This document shows positions 1 to 8,177 of a stretch of DNA of 64,000 bases, piece after piece (the first letter of the stretch is position 1; each line of letters begins with the position of its first letter). The stretch is taken from the NCBI GenBank assembly GCA_965215335.1, contig CBDCDA010000002.1:992001-1056000 (forward strand). Direction: 5' to 3'. The notes below the pieces were generated by a model. It was given only the letters and a program-made list of their open reading frames with translations. It was not told the origin of the DNA and ran no database searches. The position numbers were made by a program, and so were the translations under genes. This DNA comes from an uncultured Candidatus Entotheonella sp. (lineage in GTDB: Bacteria > Tectomicrobia > Entotheonellia > Entotheonellales > Entotheonellaceae).

Positions 1-257
1 ATGCTGTCGAGCAGTTGCTGACGAGTGGATGTGGATACGTCAAACGTGTAAGAGAGGCGCATCAGGGTCATCCCGAAATCGCAGATTCGGGCATGCCCCT
101 CGCCCTTGGGGCTGTCCTGAAGATAGACATCGACCATATCCCCATCTTCGTGGCAAATGGGAATGATGAGCTGGTAGTTGCCGGGACGCCGTTCGTAAAC
201 GTCAAAGCCCGCCACCAGCCGCTGTTGCAACGCCTGTGTGATGCTTTCAAGGTCCAT
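1..257 (-). CDS. DUF1828-like protein, N-terminal part (runs off the left window edge)
   Basis: Not in the ORF track. ATG at 257 reads MDLESITQALQQRLVAGFDVYERRPGNYQLIIPICHEDGDMVDVYLQDSPKGEGHARICDFGMTLMRLSYTF, resembling the DUF1828 pattern P..DGD.i.iY...i.D.G.T. The start overlaps the upstream gene's stop. Confidence 0.6.
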   Translation of the reverse strand, partial: MDLESITQALQQRLVAGFDVYERRPGNYQLIIPICHEDGDMVDVYLQDSPKGEGHARICDFGMTLMRLSYTFDVSTSTRQQLLDS

Positions 258-745
258 TGAACAGCTCCAGTTGCCGTAATTCCCCAAAATAGTCCAAATA
301 GTTTGAAGTGGCGATGTCCTTGAAGAAAACCCAGAGCGCCTGTTCATACGTGCCATACCGGTCCGTGATTGCCCGATGCCGTTCCTGCGGTTCTCTGTTC
401 CCCTCCGTCAACTCTTCTGGCCGTGACACGATGAATGTGCGGCTTTCCGAAATGACCGTCCGGCCCGCGGCTGGTTTCGCCGTGCGGTCCATTGTAGCGA
501 ACCAGCGTAACCGTTCCCAACATTCGCTCGTTGGTTTTGTAGCGTAGACCGATGGAGAAATTTTCAATGAATACGTCATGCTGCCGAATGAAGACCGTGA
601 ATTTTATGTCGGAGCTTGAGCCAGCTGTTAACTCAAGTTCGCAACGCCTGTTGCGATTCTCACTCCTGTAACCGACGGAGGGCGTCTTTGAGACGATGTC
701 CTTGGGAAGCCCAATCAGCCGTTCAATTTCGTGGTCAGTAAGCAA
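247..745 (-). pseudogene. DUF6978-like protein with a single frameshift near 420
   Basis: LLTDHEIERLIGLPK...LVRYNGPHG...KPHIHRVTA (ORF 344-829) continues in another frame as EELTEGNREP...EQALWVFF...LFNGP* (ORF 247-579). Removing one base from ACGGCCAGAAGAG restores a single ORF. Confidence 0.55.
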
Positions 746-894
746 GACGTGTGCTCCAGGTATCTGGCGGTACCATACAGGTTCCGTGAATAGTTTACTC
801 CCCAAGTGCCCTTCAGTCGCGTGGAACAAACAGGATGAGGTAGGGCTGATACCGGTATTTACACAGGCGGGCAGGTTGTTTCAGAGCCGCTTCA

Positions 895-1634
895 TCACGC
901 CTCAGTCTCTTCGTTGAGGATGGAAAGGTACCGATCATAGACAAACAGCCGGTTACGGGGCTTGCCGGTCAGTTCGCGCGCGATCCCTTGAGTAACCAGC
1001 AACTGCATCGCCGCAGTGGCGGTCGGGAAGGCCAGGGTCCGTGCAGGCGCTGATGGCGGACAGGGACAGGACCGGCCTGCAAAGCCTCGTGTACGCGCAG
1101 GGCGGACCCGGCGCGGCGGCCCGCCTGGCGTTCGATGGTGGCGCGGTCCGACGCGAACAGTTCCGCCATGCGGCGGGACACGGCAACCGCGCTCTCGGCC
1201 GTTGCCTGCACGCCTTCAAGGTAGAAGACAAGCCATGCCTCCCAGTCACCCGTGCGGCGCACGTCATTCAACAGGTCATAGTAATCCGCTCCGGTGCTGC
1301 TTGAGGTAATAAAGGCTCAGGTACAGGAACGGCTGGCGCAGCACGCCTGTGTGGCAGAGCATGAGCGTAATGAGCAGGCGCCCGATTCGTCCGTTGCCTC
1401 CAGGAAGGGACGGGAGGAGAGCACCGCCTCCTTGCGCACGCAGGTGTATAGAAACAGCGCCTCGTCCGTCAGCAGCATCGGGATGGCGTCCAGCCGCCCG
1501 AGGGCAAGCGCCGCCGCTTCGAGCCGCTTCTGCAACGGTCCGTCCAGCACCAAGGCGGGGACCGGCGGCAGCGGCACAAAGGCGCGAACGTGCTCACCCC
1601 CAACGCTCGTCCTCTCGATTTCCCCGCGCTGCAT
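895..1634 (-). pseudogene. Fic family protein, internally deleted and multiply frameshifted
   Basis: The N-terminus VRAFVPLPP...VRKEAVLSS joins directly to a broken Fic motif (PFL-[D]GNGRIGRLLITL). Later pieces VRRTGDWEAWLVFYLEGV and GIARELTGKPRNRLFVYDRYLSILNEE* lie in different frames. Confidence 0.8.
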
Positions 1635-1757
1635 GCCAGCATGCCTTATGCAAATTCCCTTGATAATGGGCAAGATAATTAAAACTTGACGCTGAAATTT
1701 TAACGAAATCGCTATCGCAATAACAATTCCAAAACAATCGCGCGGCGCGGGAGTTGG

Positions 1758-3761
1758 TCAAAGGGGATCTGGGCCGCCTTCGCTTGCGCCAACGATGTCA
1801 CCGAGCAGCCCCTCGGTTTCCTGCTCCATCGCCAGGATGTCGGCGCGGATGTCCGCCAGCGTGCGCATCGGCTGCGGCTTGTAGAAGTAGCGGGTGAAGC
1901 TGATCTCGTAGCCGACCTTGACGCTGTCGGGCGGATACCAGGCGTCCGGCGCGTAGGGCAGCACCTCGCGGCACAGGAAGGCATCGATGCCGCCCGGCTC
2001 CTGCAGCGGGACCTGCTCGGTGTCGCGCAGGTCGGGGTCCGGTTCGTACGCCACCACCACGGGCGCGCCGTTGAGGGTTGTCTCGAACAGGCCGCGTAGC
2101 GGGTCGGCCGGCGTGCCGCGCCTGTGAATCTTCCTGATGACCGGCGGCGCGTCCTCGCGGCGCTCGCCGCTCTCTTTGAGCGCCTTGACCTCGGCGGTCT
2201 TGTAGGCGCGGTTGGAGTCGATGCCGGCGAGGCGCAGCGGCCGTTCGACCGTCACCTTCCAGTAGCCGAATGCGGCGTTGTCGAAGATCCTGCTCTGCTC
2301 GCTTTCCTCGAATGCCAGGAACGTGTCGCAGATGCGGGCGATGTCGTCGCCGCCGAGCTCGCAGTTCTTCTTGCCCAGGTTCTTGCGCAGGGGTCGGTAC
2401 CACTGGGTGGCGTCGATCAGTTGCACCTTGCCGCGGCGGTGCGCCGGCTTGTGGTTGGTGAGTACCCAGACGTAGGTGGCGATGCCGGTGTTGTAAAACA
2501 GGTTGAGCGGCAGGGCGACGATGGCCTCCAGCCAGTCGTTCTCGATGATCCAGCGGCGGATGTTGCTCTCGCCCTGGCCGGCGTCGCCGGTGAACAGGGA
2601 ACTGCCGTTGTGCACCTCGGCGATGCGGCTGCCGAGCGGCGTGTGCCGCTTCATCTTGGCCAGCTTGTTGGCGAGGAAGAGCAGCTGGCCGTCACTGGAG
2701 CGGGTGACCAGCGAGTACTCGGGGTCGCCGCCGTGCTCGATCACGAAGCGCGGGTCGCGCATGTCCTTCTTGCCGCCCATGCGTTCCAGGTCGGTCTTCC
2801 AGCTCTTGCCATAGGGCGGGTTGGAGAGCATGAAGTCGAACTCGCGGGCGGGAAAGGCGTCGTTGGCCAGGGTGGAGTGCGCCGGCCCGCCGACGATGTT
2901 GTCGGCGGCTTCGCCCTCGCCCTTGAGCAGCAGGTCGGCCTTGCAGATGGCGTAGGTTTCGGCGTTGATCTCCTGGCCGTAGAGGTGAGTGGAGACGTCC
3001 TTGCCGTGCTCGGCGGCGAGTTGCCGCAGGGTGTCCTCGGCCACGGTGAGCATGCCGCCGGTGCCGCAGGCGCCGTCGTAGAGCAGGTAGGTGCCGGACT
3101 TGATGTCGTCGGCGATGGGCAGGAAGACGAGCCGGGCCATGAGTCGCACGGCGTCGCGCGGCGTCCAGTGCTCGCCGGCCTCCTCGTTGTTGTCCTCATT
3201 GAAGCGGCGCACCAGCTCTTCGAAGATCGAACCCATGCCGTGGTTGTCGAGGCCGAGGTACCGCACCGAGCCGTCGGCGTTCAGGACCGGCGCCGGGCTC
3301 AGGTTGATGTCAGCGGAAGTCAGCTTCTCGATCAGGGTGCCCAGGGCATCGGCCCTGGACAGGCGCGGCAGTTGGTTGCGGAACTCGAAGTTGTCGAGGA
3401 TGTCCTGGACGTTGGGCGAGAAGCCGTCGAGATAGGCTTCGAAGTCGGCGGTCAACTGCTGGCTGCCGGCCCGCGCCCGCAGGTCGCGCAGGGTGAACGG
3501 AGAGGTGTTGTAGAAGGCTTGGCCGGCGGCCTGGCGCAGGGCCGCGTCCTGCTCGACCACGCCGGCGGCGTCCAGGGTGGCCTTCATGTCGAGGACGGCC
3601 TGCTTGCTGTCTTCCAGCACCGCGTCGAGGCGGCGCAGCACGGTCATCGGCAGGATGACGTCGCGGTACTTGCCGCGCACGTAGAGGTCGCGCAGGACGT
3701 CGTCGGCGATGCCCCAGATGTAGTTCGTGATCCAGTTCAGGTCTCCGTTGTTCAGCATCAT
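1758..3761 (-). CDS. hsdM: Type I restriction-modification methyltransferase subunit M
   Basis: 667 aa. IWGIADDVLRD N-terminus, AGEHWTPRD, YDGACGTGGML (motif I), GQEIN, SNPPYG (motif IV), LFYNTGIATYVWVL and GYEISFTRYFY. Confidence 0.93.
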   Translation of the reverse strand: MMLNNGDLNWITNYIWGIADDVLRDLYVRGKYRDVILPMTVLRRLDAVLEDSKQAVLDMKATLDAAGVVEQDAALRQAAGQAFYNTSPFTLRDLRARAGSQQLTADFEAYLDGFSPNVQDILDNFEFRNQLPRLSRADALGTLIEKLTSADINLSPAPVLNADGSVRYLGLDNHGMGSIFEELVRRFNEDNNEEAGEHWTPRDAVRLMARLVFLPIADDIKSGTYLLYDGACGTGGMLTVAEDTLRQLAAEHGKDVSTHLYGQEINAETYAICKADLLLKGEGEAADNIVGGPAHSTLANDAFPAREFDFMLSNPPYGKSWKTDLERMGGKKDMRDPRFVIEHGGDPEYSLVTRSSDGQLLFLANKLAKMKRHTPLGSRIAEVHNGSSLFTGDAGQGESNIRRWIIENDWLEAIVALPLNLFYNTGIATYVWVLTNHKPAHRRGKVQLIDATQWYRPLRKNLGKKNCELGGDDIARICDTFLAFEESEQSRIFDNAAFGYWKVTVERPLRLAGIDSNRAYKTAEVKALKESGERREDAPPVIRKIHRRGTPADPLRGLFETTLNGAPVVVAYEPDPDLRDTEQVPLQEPGGIDAFLCREVLPYAPDAWYPPDSVKVGYEISFTRYFYKPQPMRTLADIRADILAMEQETEGLLGDIVGASEGGPDPL

Positions 3762-4018
3762 CTACCTCTGTCTTGTTCCTGCGCCTCGGCGACGAGTCGA
3801 TCCAGGACGGCTTCCCTTTCCGCGTCAATGGCAGCCTTGTAATTCGTCACGTCTTCCATGAGGACGCGCCGGTGCCTGCCGACCTTGCGGTGCGGGATTT
3901 TTTCCTGATCCAGCAGCTTGATCAGAAAAGGCCTGGAGACGTTCAGAACCTCTGCGGCCTGAACCGTGGTCAGTTCGGCGTTCTGGGTGATGATCGTCAC
4001 GCCCCGCCCGGCGGCCAC
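3758..4018 (-). pseudogene. Excisionase-like HTH_17 DNA-binding protein (antitoxin-type), probably N-terminally truncated
   Basis: ELTTVQAAEVLNVSRPFLIKLLD..IPHRKVGRHRRV. The ORF begins at AAGRGVTII, which is mid-protein in typical members. Its stop overlaps the hsdM start (ATGA). Confidence 0.65.
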
Positions 4019-5122
4019 TGGCGATTATTCGCAACAAATGCAATGGACGAATCCCGCAGCCTCTGTCATGGGGCTGACCGAGGCTGGGCTTCCAGGCGCT
4101 GAGGGCGCACCTGTCAAGCCTTCCGGAGAGCATGGCCCGGCACCACGCAATGAGCGAGAGAAGCTTCCGTGCAAGCTTGACCCGTGAACTGGAGAAACGC
4201 CGTGACACCTCTCGAAGTTGCCTACGCCGCCCATGCGCCCAGGTCGGAGCCAAGCCGCCTTGTCCTCGCGTCCGACAGCGCCGCGGTCTGGGAACGCGCG
4301 TGGAAGGACGAAACGTGGTGGCGAGACGGAGAACACACCGGCGGGCTGTCGTGACCGCCCGGCGCTCTTGCCCCGATTGATGGAGGCCCCGCCATGTCGC
4401 CCCTGCTCGGCCCGCCCTTCCCCTGGGCCTGAGGCAGGTCATCCGGGAAGGCTTGTTGGTTGACGCGGGTGTTTGGGGTCGAGCGTGGCCCGACCGCCCA
4501 AGGAGGGCGACGCGAAGGCCGGGTCAAAGGAGCGAGACGGGGCGGGGCGCAAGCGTGGTGCGACCGTCAGGGAGCACGACGCGCAGCACCTCATTCCAAA
4601 TCAAACCGAAAGTGTGGCTGGTAACCCCACATGAAAAGCCTGATCGCTTTACCCTTCCCGTTTCGGGGCCTCCATATCAGAAACGTGTCAACCCAAGCGA
4701 GAAAACTGTCTTCGGTTACAGCACGGGCTACGGCCCCAGCAACATATTAACGGGCCATCACGATGACTCCTGTCTCCATTCGGCTTGGCAAGGTAGGGGG
4801 AAGACCTCGCTTGCCCCACGATTTACCACCCGCGGCAAGCCCGCTCCTGGAGCAGGTTGCGCCATCTTCTTTACCAACACACTGGAATTTGTCTTTTTGC
4901 GCGTCGGATTTGGTCGAGTCGGGATGGGACATTGGATCGTGGCAGGGAAAACCCAAAGACGCTGGCCACCCATTCTGTAATCACCTGCGGACCCACAAAG
5001 AGGAGTGGACGGTGAACCATCCTCTATGAATGGTCCACCCTGATGTTGTGTGATGAGCACGGAGTGGTCCAATCCGAGCGGCGCGATAACTTTCTTCTCA
5101 TAGCTGAAGTCACCTGTCATCT

Positions 5123-7681
5123 TCACGTCTCGTCCCTCTCGTATGGCCCGAGAAACCGCTTGCCGTCAAAGTGAATGAGATGAGTCGGTGCGTCCGCGCA
5201 CCACACTTCCGTCTCCCACGAAATGTCTCCGAGATGTTCCTTCATGACGGCCCGACTCGGGAATGCCGTGACATATACAAGCCCAGGCGTCGCGCCGGCA
5301 AATAGCTCAGCCAGTTCATTGTGCCGCTTCGCATCCACTGGCCCGTGGCTGGTCACCGATTCCACAAGCACGAGCCAGTTCTTGTCGCCGAAATACAGCA
5401 CAACGTCAGGCATCTTGCCGTGCCGATCAACCGTCACGCCGAGTTCGGCAAGGCGGTGCTCTTGAAAATACCCGGCCTTGTCTCCGGTATCGCCGATATA
5501 GATGAGTTCCGCTTCAGGCATGAACCGAGGCGCGAATTGGTCAATGATGTCCCGGATGAGTTCACTATGTGAGCCCGGGGCAAGCTCGATTTCCCTGCCC
5601 GCCGCCACTTTCACCGGAACCATTTGCATCTGGCGGGGCCTGGCCCATTTCTCCGAAAGGGTGCTTCGTTCCTCCAGCCAGGTATCAAGCCTTGCCTGCC
5701 ATTCGCTGGTATCGTACGTCGAGATCACCCCTGCCGCTTCGTCGCTGATCTGGTAACAGGCGTTCGGGCTGTTCACCGGCCGCGAAGGGTCGTCCGGATT
5801 GTAGACGGCAACGCCGGCTTCCACGAACTGGTGCATCGTCTGCCGCCGGATTGTCTCGCGCGTGTTGGGCGCGTACGCTCGGCCGTAGTGCTCACGGATG
5901 TAATCCATGATCGGCGTAATGCCCCTCAAGGGCCGCTTCAGCCCGTTCCACGAGTCGGAGGGCTTGAGGTCGATCAGGGCAAGCAGAGTAAGCGCGGAAC
6001 GATCATTCTGTTGGCCCTGAGGCATCCCGAGGGCCTTCAGGATGGCCAGTGCGTCGTCGATTTTCCGTTGTGCGTCGAATGGGTTGCCACCTTCTGCCAT
6101 GTGGCATATCTCTCCCTCGATGATGTTGTCGATTTCCTGCTGCGAGAGCGTCCGGCCGTCATTCTCCCTTCCGATACGCTCCAGGGCTGCCCGATCAGGA
6201 TAGCGAAGGGATCGCAAATCGGTTGCGTTGACCTGCGTGTGTCCATTGAACTGTCGAAAGAACCGGTCCACGAGACTGCAATTCAGGTAAAGCCTGAGCC
6301 CCACGGCCAGGGAACGCGGCATGCCTTGCCGGTCAACATGATAGACGTTCAGGTGGTTCTCGAAGCCGACGAGCTCGCCCGGCAGGTCCGAGGCATAAAG
6401 CGAAGCTACGATGCGGCGGTGCTCTTCCTTGGATGTAAAGCGGCGCGTGACGACGAAATGGCCCTTGTTCGGCCAGAGCCATTTGCGGCTTTTGTTCGAC
6501 AGGCGGATGGCATTGGGCTTGCGCATCGCTTTGGGCCATGAAACCGCTCCATCCTGAAAGTGCGCCGGGTAAAGCAGCGGCACGGCGCCAGCCTCCGGCA
6601 CCGCCCGCAAATCGTCCCGCAAGCGGAATTGCACGACCGGTCCCGTCGACACCTCGATGCCGAGTTCCGCGAGCGTCGCCTTGAAGTGAGACATGCGTTC
6701 CACAATGCCTTGCTCGATCCCGTTGGCCGCGATATGGACGAACCGTTCCGGATCATCGGCTCGAATCACCGATTCGTAAGGAACCGTCCACTGGGTCATG
6801 TCCTCCCCGATGCAGGTGTGATGCCGCAGATCGACTTCGAATGCAGCCCCGTGACTCGTGGTAATCGTCACGTCTGAAGGCTGCCCGCCTTTCACCGCGT
6901 GGACGATGAGGTTTTCCTGAAGAACCGCATCGTCCCTGAAGGCACGATCCCGCGTCTCGAACAGATGAATTCGACGAAGGCTCATCATCGAGAAGAATTG
7001 TTCCCGAAACGGCTTGAAGTAGAGACCATTGCAGAATGAGCGAGGCACGATGGCAGCCATCTCTCCGCCGGTACGCAGGCGCAGCGCAGCCAGGAACATG
7101 AAACCCGTGTAGAGGTTCGATGTCTCGATGCCGGCCCTCCGCAACGCGGTGCGGTGCTCAGAGCCATTATTTATTTTCCTGTACGGCGGATTCAGAATGA
7201 CATGCGTGAAGCCTCCGCTATTGTCTTCGGCATCATCAAACATGTCCGGCTGCTGGCCGTCCTTGTGGCCGAGGATGAAGTCGTCCTGTAAAATTCTGCT
7301 GCTGACGTCGACCCGCTTCTCTTTGCACCAGCCTTCCACTTCCCTGAGCGTACGGTGGAGATATCCGGACAGCACCAGATCGACCTCATAGCAGACGAAA
7401 TCGACCAGCCGTGGTCTGACCTCCCCGGTGCATAGCCTCTCGGCGAGGGCGGCTGTAAGCGACCCGACGCCTGCGCCTGGGTCCAGGACATGCAGGTCTC
7501 CCCCTGTGTTTACGAACAGACTTGCCATGAACCGGCCGATTGGAGTCGGCGTCATGTACTGGCCCAGTAGGGCTCGCCTGGTCGTATCAAGCTTCGCCGA
7601 GGCATCAATACGATGAAAGTCCGCGTTATCAGCAAGGGCGACGGTGTTCATTTGAAGGCAGTCTCGGGGGTTAATGACCAT
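5123..7681 (-). CDS. Fused N6-adenine MTase (Eco57I/PstI-BsuBI type) and BsuBI/PstI-family restriction endonuclease
   Basis: One 852-aa ORF. MTase part: GQYMTP, LDPGAGVGSL, ILNPPY, NGHTQVNATDL. Endonuclease part: YAPNTRETIRRQTMHQF, HGKMPDVVLY, LVESVTSHGP, ISWETEVW. Confidence 0.85.
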   Translation of the reverse strand: MVINPRDCLQMNTVALADNADFHRIDASAKLDTTRRALLGQYMTPTPIGRFMASLFVNTGGDLHVLDPGAGVGSLTAALAERLCTGEVRPRLVDFVCYEVDLVLSGYLHRTLREVEGWCKEKRVDVSSRILQDDFILGHKDGQQPDMFDDAEDNSGGFTHVILNPPYRKINNGSEHRTALRRAGIETSNLYTGFMFLAALRLRTGGEMAAIVPRSFCNGLYFKPFREQFFSMMSLRRIHLFETRDRAFRDDAVLQENLIVHAVKGGQPSDVTITTSHGAAFEVDLRHHTCIGEDMTQWTVPYESVIRADDPERFVHIAANGIEQGIVERMSHFKATLAELGIEVSTGPVVQFRLRDDLRAVPEAGAVPLLYPAHFQDGAVSWPKAMRKPNAIRLSNKSRKWLWPNKGHFVVTRRFTSKEEHRRIVASLYASDLPGELVGFENHLNVYHVDRQGMPRSLAVGLRLYLNCSLVDRFFRQFNGHTQVNATDLRSLRYPDRAALERIGRENDGRTLSQQEIDNIIEGEICHMAEGGNPFDAQRKIDDALAILKALGMPQGQQNDRSALTLLALIDLKPSDSWNGLKRPLRGITPIMDYIREHYGRAYAPNTRETIRRQTMHQFVEAGVAVYNPDDPSRPVNSPNACYQISDEAAGVISTYDTSEWQARLDTWLEERSTLSEKWARPRQMQMVPVKVAAGREIELAPGSHSELIRDIIDQFAPRFMPEAELIYIGDTGDKAGYFQEHRLAELGVTVDRHGKMPDVVLYFGDKNWLVLVESVTSHGPVDAKRHNELAELFAGATPGLVYVTAFPSRAVMKEHLGDISWETEVWCADAPTHLIHFDGKRFLGPYERDET

Positions 7682-7700
7682 GCAGCACGGTATGGCCTGG

Positions 7701-7719
7701 TTTAGGGAACGTCCCTAAA
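7701..7719. promoter_or_regulatory. Perfect 8-bp inverted repeat upstream of the M-R fusion (possible operator or terminator)
   Basis: TTTAGGGA-ACG-TCCCTAAA. Confidence 0.3.
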
Positions 7720-7906
7720 AGCCCGGATCAACACCTACCTCTCTTAACAACATTCGCCCGGGATATGAAATCCCGAGGCGGGATTTGAATCCGCCTGACC
7801 GGGCGTCAAACTCGGGATATTCACCCTTCTTGACCTGGCCGAATCTACGCTCCAGCAGTCCAAGCCGGAGTAGGTTCTGCTCTCCGATTTCGTAGAGCCC
7901 TGCCTC
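7715..7906 (-). pseudogene. Orphan C-terminal gene fragment abutting a solo IS end
   Basis: Open frame EAGLYEIGEQNLLRLGLLERRFGQVKKGEYPEFDARSGGFKSRLGISYPGRMLLREVGVDPGF* begins at the IS-end remnant and has no start codon of its own. Confidence 0.45.
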
Positions 7907-7907
7907 A

Positions 7908-7928
7908 CTTTATAGGTCCTGAGCCTAG
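7908..7928 (-). mobile_element. Solo IS5-family left-end remnant
   Basis: CTTTATAGGTCCTGAGCCTAG is identical to 10513-10533 (IS5 copy 1 left end plus target bases). Confidence 0.8.
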
Positions 7929-8082
7929 ACATTGTGAACTGCGTAATGCTATCGACTGGAACCTCATGTGTAAACTTCGGCAGACCTCGAACCCTCGCCC
8001 AAATCATGGGACTATACACAAGGTCTGTCTTCAACCGAATCGAGTTTTCCAAGGCATCACGCCTCACGCAAGAGAGGCCCCG

Positions 8083-8111
8083 TTGCCAGCCCTGCGTAGT
8101 AATGCTATAAG
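8083..8111 (+). promoter_or_regulatory. Putative sigma70 promoter for the DUF5131-TcmP gene
   Basis: TTGCCA-17 bp-TATAAG with an extended -10 TG. Confidence 0.35.
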
Positions 8112-8177
8112 CCTTCCGTTCCAGCAAGCCTGCGGCACAGACGACACAAGGCGATTCAGACATGGCGGACTGCGCAA

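Noticed and set aside
2124..3842. 572-aa + strand ORF
   Set aside because: Antisense shadow of GC-rich hsdM with no motifs of its own.
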